Shown: positions 27,441 to 38,022 of the stretch, piece by piece
Layout of the letters: each line of letters starts with the position of its first letter
How positions within the stretch are numbered: position 1 is the stretch's first letter
Source: Thermodesulfobacteriota bacterium
Lineage (GTDB): Bacteria; Desulfobacterota; Binatia; Bin18
Length of the DNA stretch: 64,000 nt
NCBI GenBank assembly: GCA_964291405.2
Contig: OZ219926.1
Location: forward strand, 3,680,001 to 3,744,000
Direction of reading: 5' to 3'
Program-made: the position numbers and the translations under genes
Notes under the pieces: generated by a model
The model's input: only the letters and a program-made list of their open reading frames with translations
Told to the model about the DNA's origin: nothing
Databases searched by the model: none

Positions 27441-27488
27441 AGATGACTCATTCCGAGTCACATTATGAGTCATCTGCGCCTTCGTCAA
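27441..27488 (-). promoter_or_regulatory. TA promoter with palindromic operator
   Basis: TTGACG, 17 bp, TAATGT on the minus strand, overlapped by the inverted repeat AGATGACTCA...TGAGTCATCT (27441-27475). Confidence 0.6.
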
Positions 27489-27566
27489 GTTCGTAGACGG
27501 TGCTCCGATTCCCCCACCTCTCACCGGTATGCTACGATTTGAATCGGGTACGAGAGGGAGGGCCGT

Positions 27567-28229
27567 GTGGGCTATTACCCTGTTTTTCTCGATTTGGACA
27601 AGGCTCGCTGTCTGGTCATTGGCGGGGGGACGATTGCCGAGCGCAAGGTGGAGGCGTTGCTTGCGGCCGGCGGGGAGGTGACGCTTATCAGTCCTGAGCT
27701 GACAGCCGCTCTGCGCGTCCTTGAAGCCGCCGGTCGGCTGACAGTTCAGCAACGCCCTTATCAACGGGGGGATCTTAAAGCCGTTTCGCTGGTGATTGCA
27801 GCTACGGATGACCCTGCCTTACAGCGGCAGATTGCCGTGGATGCCAAACAGGCCAATATCTTGTGCAATATCGTCGATCAGCCTGCATTATGCTCGTTTA
27901 TCGTGCCGGCAGTGGTACAGCAGGGCGACCTGACGATTGCGGTTTCAACCAATGGGGCAAGTCCCGCCCTGGCAAAAAAGATTCGACAAGACCTGGCTGA
28001 ACAATTCGGGCCGGAATATGCGGTGGCGCTCCGATTGTTGCGCCGGATTCGTGAACGCCTGATGCACGAACAACGCAGCGCGGAAGACCGCCAGCGCCTA
28101 TTGACCGGACTGGCCGAATCATCCTTGCTGGACTATCTTCGAGACCGCCAAACCGATAAATTAGATGCACTCCTACAGCGGACGCTGGGGGAGGCGTATA
28201 CCCTGGAGCGTCTCGCCTTTTCGTGGTGA
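27567..28229 (+). CDS. sirC: Precorrin-2 dehydrogenase/sirohydrochlorin ferrochelatase (SirC/Met8)
   Basis: VIGGG.IAERK, NIVDQP..CSFIVP, STNGASP. Confidence 0.9.
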   Translation: MGYYPVFLDLDKARCLVIGGGTIAERKVEALLAAGGEVTLISPELTAALRVLEAAGRLTVQQRPYQRGDLKAVSLVIAATDDPALQRQIAVDAKQANILCNIVDQPALCSFIVPAVVQQGDLTIAVSTNGASPALAKKIRQDLAEQFGPEYAVALRLLRRIRERLMHEQRSAEDRQRLLTGLAESSLLDYLRDRQTDKLDALLQRTLGEAYTLERLAFSW

Positions 28230-28237
28230 GTAACGGT

Positions 28238-29053
28238 ATGGAAGTCTGGCTGCTGACACTGACCCTGTTATTGTACCTGCTCAGCACGGCAAGCTTTATT
28301 GTCGGGCTGCTTTCCGCCCGGCCCGTCGTGCGGACGGTAGCGCCGAGTTGCCTGCTGGCCGCCTGTGTGTGCCATGCCGGCGCTATTGCGGTTCGGTCTC
28401 TCACAGTTGGCTATTTTGCGGTCACAGATCTGTATGAAGCCCTCTCCTTTTTTGCCTGTCTCACTGCGGCAATGGGGCTGCTGGTACAATGGCGGCTGCC
28501 AGTTTCCATTTTGGGCGCTATTGTGAGTCCCATCGGGTTTATCCTGACCCTGGGTGTGTATGTCTTTTACACCCAGGCGGGGGCGCTGCCGCCGACGCTG
28601 CAAAGTGCCTGGCTGCCCATTCATGTGACTGCCGCCTTTCTTGGGTATGCCGTCTTTGTCGTCGCGTTCAGTGCCAGCCTGATCTACCTGGTCCAAGAAA
28701 AGCAGCTCAAACAGAAAAAAGCCTCTTCGTTTCTCCGCCGTCTGCCCTCACTGGAAACTCTCGATCATTTGAATTATCGGTCCCTAGCCTGGGGCTTTTT
28801 ACTCTTGACTCTCGGCTTGTTGAGCGGCGCGGTCTGGGCCGGGTATGCCTGGGAACACTTCTGGATATGGGAGCCCCGGCTTATCTTGTCCGTGCTGACC
28901 TGGATTTTCTACGCGCTGCTGCTTCACTACCGGAGCGCCGGCTGGCGTGGCCGACGGGCGGCAACGCTGACGATTGTATGCTTTGCCGTGCTGGTAGTGT
29001 CCTTTGTAGGGGTCCAGTTTTTCCCCGGACGACACGGAGGTCAGTTTGGCTAG
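28238..29053 (+). CDS. Cytochrome c assembly protein, CcsA/HemX family
   Basis: LQSAWL.IHV, LPSLETLD, GAVWA..AW..FW.WEP. Confidence 0.85.
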   Translation: MEVWLLTLTLLLYLLSTASFIVGLLSARPVVRTVAPSCLLAACVCHAGAIAVRSLTVGYFAVTDLYEALSFFACLTAAMGLLVQWRLPVSILGAIVSPIGFILTLGVYVFYTQAGALPPTLQSAWLPIHVTAAFLGYAVFVVAFSASLIYLVQEKQLKQKKASSFLRRLPSLETLDHLNYRSLAWGFLLLTLGLLSGAVWAGYAWEHFWIWEPRLILSVLTWIFYALLLHYRSAGWRGRRAATLTIVCFAVLVVSFVGVQFFPGRHGGQFG

Positions 29054-30368
29054 TCTTGTCCAGTCGGCCTCCTCGCTCATGGTGGTAGGCCTCAACCACC
29101 ATACCACGCCGGTCGAACTTCGGGAGCAGTTAGCGTTCAATGACGGGGCATTGGATGCGTCTTTACCACGGCTCGTGGATGCGGAGACCATCCGAGAAGG
29201 GGCCATTCTCTCCACCTGTAATCGCGTTGAGGTGGTTGCCCATACACCGAATCTGGATGCGGCGAATGAGAAGATTTGCGCGTTTTTAGCCGAAGAGCAG
29301 CGCGTGGCGCTGCCCCGCTTTGCGCCCTACCTCTACACCCATATCAATCAGGAGGCGATCAGCCATTTGTTTCGCGTTGCCTCAAGTCTCGATTCTCTGG
29401 TGGTCGGTGAGCCTCAGATTTTGGGCCAGGTGAAAGACGCCTATAACACTTCTTCCGCACTCGGTACCCTGGGAACGGTGTTGCACCGCTGTTTTCACAA
29501 GTCGTTCTCGGTGGCGAAGCGGGTGCGAACCGAGACCAGCATCGCGGCCAAAGCCGTGTCGGTAAGCTCTGCGGCCATTGATCTGGCCTGTACGATTTTT
29601 GACCGCCTGGAAGACAAGACCGCCATGGTCATTGGTGTGGGTGAGATGGGCGAACAAGCCGTTCGGCATCTACGCGGACGCGGGGTCGGCACCATTATGG
29701 TGACCAATCGTACCTTTCGTCGCGCGGTTGAACTCGCCCGAACCTGCAATGGAACCGTCGTACCGTTTGATCAACTGGACAAACACCTCCACCTCACCGA
29801 TGTGGTGATAGGCTCTGCCAGTAGCCCGCACTATATCCTGCATTCCGGCATGATCGAAGAGGCGCTTGAGGAACGTAAACGCAGTCCCATGTTTCTGATC
29901 GACCTGGGGGTGCCGCGCAACTTTGACCCGCGTCTGAACAATCTGGATAATGTCTTTTTGTACGACATCGATGATCTGGAGCAGGTGGTTGAAGATAATA
30001 GAGGAGAGCGACAAGTTGAGGCGGTCAAGGCCGAAGCCATCGTGGCCGAGGAAGTGGAAAAATTCTGGCGCTGGTTTGTCAACCAGGAGGTGACCCCCAC
30101 GATTGTGGCGCTCCGAGAACAGGCCGAGACGATCCGCACGCGCGAAGTGGAAAAAACCCTGGCCGGACTTGCCGATCTCTCACCGCAGGCAAAGGAATCG
30201 ATCGAAGCCCTCACCCGCTCCCTGACGAACAAGCTCCTCCATCCACCTCTGGCGTATCTCAAACAGCGTCACCACAACAGTGTCAAGCGTGAAGCTGAAT
30301 ACGCTAAAGAAATCGCTTCTCCTCACGTCATTCGTCAAATATTCGGTCTTGATGCCCACGAAGAATAG
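29046..30368 (+). CDS. hemA: Glutamyl-tRNA reductase
   Basis: GLNHHTTPVELRE, STCNRVE, GEPQILGQVK. Confidence 0.97.
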   Translation: MASLVQSASSLMVVGLNHHTTPVELREQLAFNDGALDASLPRLVDAETIREGAILSTCNRVEVVAHTPNLDAANEKICAFLAEEQRVALPRFAPYLYTHINQEAISHLFRVASSLDSLVVGEPQILGQVKDAYNTSSALGTLGTVLHRCFHKSFSVAKRVRTETSIAAKAVSVSSAAIDLACTIFDRLEDKTAMVIGVGEMGEQAVRHLRGRGVGTIMVTNRTFRRAVELARTCNGTVVPFDQLDKHLHLTDVVIGSASSPHYILHSGMIEEALEERKRSPMFLIDLGVPRNFDPRLNNLDNVFLYDIDDLEQVVEDNRGERQVEAVKAEAIVAEEVEKFWRWFVNQEVTPTIVALREQAETIRTREVEKTLAGLADLSPQAKESIEALTRSLTNKLLHPPLAYLKQRHHNSVKREAEYAKEIASPHVIRQIFGLDAHEE

Positions 30369-30388
30369 GCAATAGCCGCTCGCAGGTT

Positions 30389-31315
30389 ATGCGCACCATC
30401 ATCCGGATCGGAACGAGAAGCAGCCCCCTTGCGCTGTGGCAGGCGCAGTGGGTGAAAGATCGGTTGGAGCAGCAGTGGCCGGCCCTCAGGGTTGAGTTGG
30501 TTCCAGTCAAAACCTCCGGTGACCGGTTCCAAAATATCTCGTTGTCCCGTATTGGCGGCAAAGGGCTGTTTGTCAAGGAAATTGAAGAGGCGCTTCAGGC
30601 GGGCCGGGTTGATCTGGCGGTCCATTCGGTCAAAGACGTACCGGCCATCTTGCCTGCCGGACTCACCTTGAGTGTGATCCCGCAACGGGAAGATCCGCGG
30701 GACGTCCTGATCGCGTCCAATGGGGAAAGCCTGGATGAGCTGCCTGCGGGCACCCGAGTCGGGACGAGTAGCCTGCGCCGTCAGGCTTTACTGCTCCATC
30801 TCCGGCCCGATCTCCACATCGAAATGCTGCGCGGTAATGTCGAGACCCGCTTGCGTAAACAGCGTGACGGAGAGGTCGATGCGACGATTCTGGCCGCGGC
30901 CGGCCTCAAGCGACTCGGTCTCATGCCCGCACAGAGCCATATTCTGGATGAGCAGACCTTTGTCCCGGCCGTCGGACAGGGGGCACTCGGTATTGAAACG
31001 CGCGCCGAAGCCGAGATTGAAACACTTCTCCGACCGCTGCACCATGTTGAAACCGCGCTGGCCGTCGCGGCTGAGCGAGCGTTCTTAGGCCGGATGGGCG
31101 GTAGTTGTCGCACGCCGCTTGCAGCCCTGGCCACCGCCCGGACTGAAAGCATCAGGCTTGTAGCCCTGATCGCCAGCCCGGACGGACAAATCGTGCTACG
31201 CGGGCATGAGCACGGCCCCGCCGAAATCGCCGAGCAACTGGGTATCAGGCTTGCTGAGCGCCTGTTGGCCCAGGGCGGAAACGAGATCCTCGCTCGGTTG
31301 GAACAGGAAGGTTGA
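30389..31315 (+). CDS. hemC: Porphobilinogen deaminase
   Basis: GTRSSPLALWQ, GGKGLFVKEIE, GTSSLRR, GGSC. Confidence 0.97.
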   Translation: MRTIIRIGTRSSPLALWQAQWVKDRLEQQWPALRVELVPVKTSGDRFQNISLSRIGGKGLFVKEIEEALQAGRVDLAVHSVKDVPAILPAGLTLSVIPQREDPRDVLIASNGESLDELPAGTRVGTSSLRRQALLLHLRPDLHIEMLRGNVETRLRKQRDGEVDATILAAAGLKRLGLMPAQSHILDEQTFVPAVGQGALGIETRAEAEIETLLRPLHHVETALAVAAERAFLGRMGGSCRTPLAALATARTESIRLVALIASPDGQIVLRGHEHGPAEIAEQLGIRLAERLLAQGGNEILARLEQEG

Positions 31316-31326
31316 GGGGAGCGGGT

Positions 31327-32859
31327 ATGCCGACTGGGAAGGTATACTTGGTCGGAGCGGGGCCGGGCGACCCCGGGCTGCTGACCCTCAAAGGCAAACG
31401 CTGCCTCGAAGAGGCTGATGTTATCATCTACGACTATCTGGTCGATATCCGCCTGCTGGATTATGTCCGGCCCGAAGCCGCCCTGCTCTACGCCGGAAAA
31501 CGGGGAGGGGGTCGAGCCGTTCCGCAGCAGACTATTAATGAACTGATGCGTGAGCATGCTGTAAACGGCAAAGTCGTTGTCCGGCTCAAGGGTGGTGACC
31601 CGCTACTGTTCGGCAGAGGCGGTGAAGAGGCGGAGGAACTGGTCGCGGCCAATATCTCGTTTGAAGTTGTTCCCGGTGTCTCCTCGGCCACTGCCGTGCC
31701 CGCCTATGCCGGCATTCCCTTGACCCACCGCGATCATGCCTCTGCGGTTGCGATCGTCTCCGGGCATAAAGAGGTGTGGGAAACCGCACCCCATCTGAAT
31801 TGGGCTACTCTGGCTGGAGTGGGTGGAACCCTGGTTTTCCTGATGGGGACACGGCAACTGCAAAACAATATGAGACGCCTGATGGAGTTCGGCCTGCCGG
31901 CCGAGACCCCGATTGCGCTGATCCGATGGGGAACAAAGGCTGAGCAGGAAGTACTCACCGGAACGGTGGGGCGCATTGCCGGGCAGGCAGCCGCACAGGG
32001 CTTTGAACCCCCCGCCGTGATTGTTGTTGGCGACGTGGTTCGACTCCGCGAGCAGTTGCAATGGTTTGAATCAAAACCCCTTTTTGGGAAACGCATTGTG
32101 ATTACCCGCCCTCGGATTCAGGCGAGCGGTTTTGCCGACCTGCTCGAACAGTATGGAGCAGAGGTCTTCCGTTTTCCGCTGATCGAAACGGTGCCGCCGG
32201 ACTCCTCTGCCGCCCTGGACACGGCCCTGGATGCCTTGGCAGGTTATGACTGGCTCGTCTTTACGAGTGTGAATGGTGTGCGCTATTTTTTTGAGCGTTT
32301 GCAAGCCCGGCAGCGAGACATCCGCAGCCTGGGAGATATCCGTATTGCTGCGATTGGACCGGAAACCGCGCGTTCGATACAGGCTCGCCACCTGCGGGTT
32401 GATGCCATGCCACACGAATATCAGGCAGAGGCGCTTATACAGGTGCTCAAGGCAGAAAAGGCGCAACGCATCCTGTTGCCCCGCGCTGCCGAAGCACGAG
32501 CCGTTTTACCCCAGGAGCTGCGCGCGTCCGGCGCACAGGTTGACGAGATCGCAATCTATCGCACCATCCGGCCCCAGGGTCGAGACGAAACCCTACGTGC
32601 TATGCTGCGCGCCGGGCAGGTTGATCTGCTGACGTTTACCAGCTCCAGCACGGTCCGAAACTTTATGGAGTGCCTGTCCGGAGAAGACAGTGCAGTCTTA
32701 CTGGGTCATGCTCAGATCGGCTGTATTGGGCCGATCACCGCCGCGACCGCCCGGGAATACGGGTTGACTGTGGCGGTCCAGCCGTCAGCCTATACGATTT
32801 CCGCTTTTGTCGAGGCCATCGTTGCATATTTCCATACAGAGCATAATACAATAGGGTGA
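31327..32859 (+). CDS. cobA: Fused uroporphyrinogen-III methyltransferase/synthase (CobA-HemD)
   Basis: LVGAGPGDPGLLT, RLKGGDP; C-terminal HemD motifs FTSVNGV and FTSSSTV. Confidence 0.95.
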   Translation: MPTGKVYLVGAGPGDPGLLTLKGKRCLEEADVIIYDYLVDIRLLDYVRPEAALLYAGKRGGGRAVPQQTINELMREHAVNGKVVVRLKGGDPLLFGRGGEEAEELVAANISFEVVPGVSSATAVPAYAGIPLTHRDHASAVAIVSGHKEVWETAPHLNWATLAGVGGTLVFLMGTRQLQNNMRRLMEFGLPAETPIALIRWGTKAEQEVLTGTVGRIAGQAAAQGFEPPAVIVVGDVVRLREQLQWFESKPLFGKRIVITRPRIQASGFADLLEQYGAEVFRFPLIETVPPDSSAALDTALDALAGYDWLVFTSVNGVRYFFERLQARQRDIRSLGDIRIAAIGPETARSIQARHLRVDAMPHEYQAEALIQVLKAEKAQRILLPRAAEARAVLPQELRASGAQVDEIAIYRTIRPQGRDETLRAMLRAGQVDLLTFTSSSTVRNFMECLSGEDSAVLLGHAQIGCIGPITAATAREYGLTVAVQPSAYTISAFVEAIVAYFHTEHNTIG

Positions 32860-32874
32860 TTGGAGTCTCACGTT

Positions 32875-33861
32875 ATGTCTTTTCCCATCCACCGGCCACG
32901 CCGCCTGCGACGCAACGAGAATCTGCGTCGGATGACGAGAGAAACACATCTGCGGGTTGATGACCTGATTATGCCGCTATTCATCGTGCCCGGGACGCGG
33001 GTGGAAAACCCGATTGGATCAATGCCCGGTATTGCCCAACTCTCGGTTGATCGGGCCGTAGAAGAGTGTAAGCAGATTCGAGACCTCGGGATTCCCGGGG
33101 TGATCTTATTCGGCATCCCGGATGAAAAGGATGCGGTCGGCTCTGACGCCTATGACGATAACGGTATTATCCAACGCGCCTTACGCGCGCTCAAGGAAGA
33201 AGTGCCCGGACTCACGCTGATTACCGATGTCTGCTTGTGTGAGTACACCGACCACGGGCATTGTGGCCTGATCAAAGGCCACGACGTCGAGAATGACGCC
33301 ACGCTTGAGCTCCTGGTGAAAGAGTCGCTCTCGCATGTTCGAGCCGGGGCGGACATGGTGGCGCCGTCTGACATGATGGACGGCCGGGTTAGGGCCATTC
33401 GTCAGGCGCTCGACCGGGAGGGCTTTCCTCATATTCCGATTATGGCCTATGCAGCCAAATTTGCCTCCGGCTTTTACGGCCCTTTTCGCGAGGCAGCGGA
33501 ATCGACGCCTCAGTTTGGGGATCGGCGCTCCTACCAGATGGATCCGGCCAATGGAGACGAAGCGCTCCGAGAGGTTGCCCTTGATATTGAAGAAGGGGCG
33601 GATATCGTGATGGTTAAACCCGCCTTGCCGTATTTGGACATTATCCGCCGCGCTAAGGAGAAATTCAGCTACCCGCTCGCCGCCTATAATGTGAGTGGGG
33701 AATACGCCATGCTCAAAGCTGCGGCACTGAACGGCTGGCTGGATGAGGAGCGCGTCATGCTCGAAGCCCTGACGAGTATCAAGCGCGCCGGTGCCGATCT
33801 CATTCTGACGTATTTTGCCAAGGATGCGGCGCGGATACTGGAGAAGAGCCGGGCGACGTAA
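32875..33861 (+). CDS. hemB: Porphobilinogen synthase
   Basis: [27 protein letters not shown]. Confidence 0.97.
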   Translation: MSFPIHRPRRLRRNENLRRMTRETHLRVDDLIMPLFIVPGTRVENPIGSMPGIAQLSVDRAVEECKQIRDLGIPGVILFGIPDEKDAVGSDAYDDNGIIQRALRALKEEVPGLTLITDVCLCEYTDHGHCGLIKGHDVENDATLELLVKESLSHVRAGADMVAPSDMMDGRVRAIRQALDREGFPHIPIMAYAAKFASGFYGPFREAAESTPQFGDRRSYQMDPANGDEALREVALDIEEGADIVMVKPALPYLDIIRRAKEKFSYPLAAYNVSGEYAMLKAAALNGWLDEERVMLEALTSIKRAGADLILTYFAKDAARILEKSRAT

Positions 33862-33882
33862 CGGTATTAGAGAGTGTCCGTC

Positions 33883-34056
33883 ATGCCCCACAAGAAAAAG
33901 AAACCGGCGGTCGTGTCTACGCTCGACGCGCTCCGCCGGGTACGGAAAGAACTCCCGCCACCGGCCCGTCTGCAAGAGGATGAAAAAAAATATCATCGTC
34001 CGGTTGCCCGGCGGGAGACCAGAAAAGAGATTGAGCGCTCCAGGCAAGAAGAGTAG
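33883..34056 (+). CDS. Small basic hypothetical protein
   Basis: RRVRKELPPPAR....KKY.R; protein-like, co-oriented. Confidence 0.5.
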   Translation: MPHKKKKPAVVSTLDALRRVRKELPPPARLQEDEKKYHRPVARRETRKEIERSRQEE

Positions 34057-34102
34057 AGTACAGGGAGTGAAGACGGATATGCGCAAGAGGAGGCAGTCTC
34101 TC

Positions 34103-34393
34103 ATGACATGGAAGAAACAAGCGGTCGTGACGGCGGCAGCCGTGCTGTTCTTGGCTCCGGCGGCGGTCGCCGGTGACAATTATGATGATTTTGAGGATAC
34201 CCATCCGCTTCGGATTGTCTCCTACCCGGTCCACGCGGTCGGTTATTTGCTTGAGCGGCTGATCGCGCGGCCCCTGCATGCGATCGTATCGCAGCCGAAG
34301 ATTGAGCCGATAGTCGGTCATGATAAGCACCCGTTTGATTTTGATGAACAGATTCGGGAAGCGCCGGCCCCGACCGAGTATAACCCCGGCTGA
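34103..34393 (+). CDS. Hypothetical secreted protein
   Basis: GAGGAGG RBS, signal peptide, HPLRIVSY.VH.VG motif. Confidence 0.6.
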   Translation: MTWKKQAVVTAAAVLFLAPAAVAGDNYDDFEDTHPLRIVSYPVHAVGYLLERLIARPLHAIVSQPKIEPIVGHDKHPFDFDEQIREAPAPTEYNPG

Positions 34394-34471
34394 TGCCGCC
34401 GTCCTGCGTTGGCCGGATCGAACGCAGCGCACATCAGACAGACGGCTCAAACCCGGAAGGAGGGTCTTGGT

Positions 34472-34918
34472 ATGAAACAGAAAATCGAAGGCGAATACGT
34501 CCATGTTGACTCAGTCGGCTGGCAGCCGTTTCCCGGAGAATTTTCGGCTGGGGGCATTCGGTGGAAGCTGTTGCACGTCTCTCCGGAGATGGGCGCCTGG
34601 ACGGCGATTTTTGATTGTCCGAAGGGGTCCTCGTTCGCCCGGCATATTCATGTCGGGCCGGGTGAGTATTTCCTGACCAAAGGCAAAATGGAAGTCCGCG
34701 GTGGCGCGGGCGATGGCGGGGCGACGGCAGTGGCCGTCGGCTATGGCTACGAAGCCTGTAACGCTCGGCACGACCAGACCAATTTTGTTGAAGACAGTGA
34801 ATTCTATATGACCTTCCTCGGCCCGCTCCAATTTATTGACGAGGATGGCAATACGCTGGCCGTCGTGGGCTGGGAACAGGCCGACGGCCTGTGGGCACAG
34901 CAGACCGGACAAGCGTAG
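34472..34918 (+). CDS. Cupin dioxygenase (DAD/acetylacetone-cleaving-like)
   Basis: WKLLHVSPE.G.WT, HIH, YGYE..NARH. Confidence 0.75.
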   Translation: MKQKIEGEYVHVDSVGWQPFPGEFSAGGIRWKLLHVSPEMGAWTAIFDCPKGSSFARHIHVGPGEYFLTKGKMEVRGGAGDGGATAVAVGYGYEACNARHDQTNFVEDSEFYMTFLGPLQFIDEDGNTLAVVGWEQADGLWAQQTGQA

Positions 34919-34925
34919 TCCCGCC

Positions 34926-35393
34926 TTATTCCCTTGTCCCGCCTTGTCTTGGGGCGCGCCACGCCGGGCGCTTGCCAGGGTGACTTATCGTTCCTTCGGG
35001 AAAACGCGATAAGTCATCTTTTGTGTCAAAATACGAGGCCCTGGAACTGTACCAAATGTGGACGGTTGGTCGAACGGCTTCAGAATCGTCAAGAATACAA
35101 GGGTTGAAGGAGACGAAATCCTGTTGGTCCGTTGGAGAAACGCGATAACGACCGAACAGACCGCAACCGCAGGTTGAACAGAAATAGCGCTCCCAGTTCT
35201 CGGACGAACGAAACATCGACGGTGAGCCATGAGTGAGACGAAAGGAGTGGGTGGGGGCGCTCGCCCAAACGATAGCCGGCGCTCCGCTGAGTCGGCGACA
35301 CACCGAGCAATGACAATACCCCGCATCAAAAATATCTGAGACTTCAAACCGGATATCGCCACAGTAACAGCCACCCTGAAATGTATCGTTCAC
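34926..35393 (-). CDS. GFA family protein
   Basis: GGCYCG, CHCSVCRR, FCSTCG. Confidence 0.85.
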   Translation of the reverse strand: MNDTFQGGCYCGDIRFEVSDIFDAGYCHCSVCRRLSGAPAIVWASAPTHSFRLTHGSPSMFRSSENWERYFCSTCGCGLFGRYRVSPTDQQDFVSFNPCILDDSEAVRPTVHIWYSSRASYFDTKDDLSRFPEGTISHPGKRPAWRAPRQGGTRE

Positions 35394-35484
35394 ATTCTCT
35401 CTCCTTTGACATCTATTACGAGCCTCAAGCCTTGTGACTTGCTTTTCAGCAGATTGATATGGATACGGGTGTCAGCCGAGGGCA

Positions 35485-36513
35485 TCAGTCCCACGTGCCA
35501 TACCGCAGTGCTCCCGTACACACGACCTCACCGTGGCCTGGAACGATCTCCCCAATAGGATAGGCATACTCGCCGCAACCCTGGATATGCGCTACGACCT
35601 CGGAGACGTGGGATTGCTGACACACGACGGCGATCCCTACTCCCAGGTTGAACGTCCGAAGCATATGTTCATCAGAGATTGATCCGCGCTGTTTGATTAC
35701 ACCGAATACTGGATTGACTTGATAGGTAGAGAGATCAATTACGGCGTTACAGTTGGACGGCAGGATACGATTAAGATTCTCTTGTATTCCTCCTCCAGTG
35801 ATATGAGCCATGCCGGTAATAAAATCCGTCTGGAAGAGGTTTTTGAGGGATTGGTAGTAACAGCGGTGCGGTTCCAAGACGAGATCCAGAAATGGACGAT
35901 TGTCTATCTGTTGAGTCAGGAGTTCAGGATTTTGGGCTATCAGGTCCCGGATTAGGGTATAGCCATTGGTATGTGGACCGGATGATTGAACGGCAACAAC
36001 GATGTCACCAACAGTCATGTGAGAGCCGTCAATAATCTGATCCCGTTCGACAATACCAACAATATTCGATCCGAGAATATACTTTTCTGCGTCCAGCATT
36101 CCCGGTTGTTCCGAGGTTTCTCCGCCTGTCAGTATGCAACCCTGCGCTTCGCAGGCAGCAGCACAGGCGGCAACAATACGCTTGACCGTAGAACCGTCGA
36201 GTTTGCCACACACGATCAGGTCTTGAACGGCGAGCGGCTCCGCGCCCATAACAATGCAGTCATTGATGAGATGATTAATCATGTCATGGCAGACAGACTC
36301 TACGCGATCATGCGCAAATGCGAGGATCTGTTTGCTACCGGGCTCCTCTGTTTTCAGCACCAGGACAGGATTGGTGTAGGTGCTAATGTCCAGTAAAAAC
36401 AAAGAGGAAAAAGCGCCAACTGTATTGAGCAGACGCGCATCTTTCCCATCAATGAACTTAGAGAACCCCGCTTTTGTCTGGTTCGCCAAGTCAACGTTGA
36501 CACGATATTTCAC
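35485..36513 (-). CDS. purM: Divergent phosphoribosylformylglycinamidine cyclo-ligase (AIR synthetase)
   Basis: ND..V.GAEPL, GGETSE.PG, SSGPHTNGY, HITGGG..EN..R, RTFNLG.G; lower GC than host. Confidence 0.8.
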   Translation of the reverse strand: MKYRVNVDLANQTKAGFSKFIDGKDARLLNTVGAFSSLFLLDISTYTNPVLVLKTEEPGSKQILAFAHDRVESVCHDMINHLINDCIVMGAEPLAVQDLIVCGKLDGSTVKRIVAACAAACEAQGCILTGGETSEQPGMLDAEKYILGSNIVGIVERDQIIDGSHMTVGDIVVAVQSSGPHTNGYTLIRDLIAQNPELLTQQIDNRPFLDLVLEPHRCYYQSLKNLFQTDFITGMAHITGGGIQENLNRILPSNCNAVIDLSTYQVNPVFGVIKQRGSISDEHMLRTFNLGVGIAVVCQQSHVSEVVAHIQGCGEYAYPIGEIVPGHGEVVCTGALRYGTWD

Positions 36514-36594
36514 ATTTCATCCTGTGTAAGAAGTCATTCTTTCCCTGGGCAACTCCTCATATATCATAAGTGCGTTATGATGGAGCCAGATAAG

Positions 36595-37083
36595 TTAATT
36601 CCTGGTAGATCGTAGTGATGAAAAGCTAAGCGACCCATTTCTTTGAAATATCCTGCGTGCATACTCACAGAACTGCTTGACGGCGGCCCGATTGGGCGTC
36701 TCACCTGTCTGAAGCGTTGCTGCCTGGAGATACGGCCCTGGTTTGTCGGAAATATTCTTAAGGTTCTCCCAACTCGGCTGTACAACGAAATGCAAGTGTT
36801 GCGGCTGCCACCCAGCGTGAGACCACAAGTAAACGTATACTTGGCTTGGTTGGAGAAGTTCAGAAACGACCTGCGACACCTCGCGGAGCAGCGGCCCCAT
36901 CTCTGCTGTCTCCTGGCTGGTGAGTTCCCATAAATGCAGGCAGTGCTGCAAGGGTTTGACGATAAGCGTCCCAACGCCGAGTGGTCCAGTACAGTGTTCG
37001 ACAACCCAGTGCTGCGTACGGTGAACGCGTCCGCCTGGAAGGTCTTTTCGGCCCTGAGTCAGTTGACACGCGTAGCAGTCCAT
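36595..37083 (-). CDS. HIT-family protein
   Basis: CYAC N-terminus, HLHF motif. Confidence 0.7.
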   Translation of the reverse strand: MDCYACQLTQGRKDLPGGRVHRTQHWVVEHCTGPLGVGTLIVKPLQHCLHLWELTSQETAEMGPLLREVSQVVSELLQPSQVYVYLWSHAGWQPQHLHFVVQPSWENLKNISDKPGPYLQAATLQTGETPNRAAVKQFCEYARRIFQRNGSLSFSSLRSTRN

Positions 37084-37176
37084 ACAAAGCTCTCCTTCTG
37101 TATCAAGTGTATCTGTAGTTGATCCTACGGCTAACTGACCTTATCTGAATCTGACTGAGGATAAACGGGAGACTGT

Positions 37177-38019
37177 ATGAATCGCGCCGAACGTCGACGG
37201 CAAGCCAAGGCCACAAGGAAGAAACCGACTGAAGAAGAGAAAGCACCCGCTCCACGGTTGGATATTGCCCAGATTAAAGACCAACTCCAACAGGCGGCTT
37301 CGCCTCAGGAAGTACAAGAGTTTATCGGACAGCTCCGTGAACGCGGGCTACCCCAGGCCGGTGGCGAAGAGTTGATTGCCTACGCTGCGCAGTACCATGA
37401 GGCGCTTGCTGCCCTGAACAGCGATGACAAGGCAGCGTCCGTAGCTCTCCTGGTGAACTCCGCGCACGCCTGGGCGGACGACCGGATCGACCAATCGCCC
37501 GATCGTGAGCGGCGTGCGTGCAAAGCGGGCTGTGCCTTTTGTTGTTATTTGCCCGTTGTGTTGGCCAGTGCCGCTGAGGTGGTCTATCTGGCAGACTGGC
37601 TGAGGGCCAACTGTACGCCTGAAGAGTTGTCAGCCGTGCGGAGCAGGCTGGAAGCTCGGTGCGAGCAGAGCGCGACCAACTCGCCAGACCAGAAGCGCCT
37701 CCCCTGTGCTCTACTCCAGGACGATACATGTATGGCCTATGAAGCCCGCCCGTTCAAATGTCGCGGCTGGAACTCCGTTCGCCTTGAGGCGTGCGAACGG
37801 GCCTACGGGCAAAGCCAGACCACAACGAAAGTGCCGGTTGATACCTTCGCTTTTGTCATGGGGAATGCGGTGCTGAACGGTCTGAGTGACGCCACGCAGA
37901 ACGCTGAGCTTGACGGCGGAGCGTATGAACTCAACGCGGCCTTACTCCGCGCGCTCGACCTGCCGGACGCAACCCTCCGTTGGCGAAGCGGTGAGCGGCT
38001 TTTTGATGGGGGACGTTGA
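37177..38019 (+). CDS. YkgJ-family cysteine-cluster (CxxxCxxCC) protein
   Basis: CKAGCAFCC, CALL...C.AYEARP.KCR. Confidence 0.8.
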   Translation: MNRAERRRQAKATRKKPTEEEKAPAPRLDIAQIKDQLQQAASPQEVQEFIGQLRERGLPQAGGEELIAYAAQYHEALAALNSDDKAASVALLVNSAHAWADDRIDQSPDRERRACKAGCAFCCYLPVVLASAAEVVYLADWLRANCTPEELSAVRSRLEARCEQSATNSPDQKRLPCALLQDDTCMAYEARPFKCRGWNSVRLEACERAYGQSQTTTKVPVDTFAFVMGNAVLNGLSDATQNAELDGGAYELNAALLRALDLPDATLRWRSGERLFDGGR

Positions 38020-38022
38020 GGG

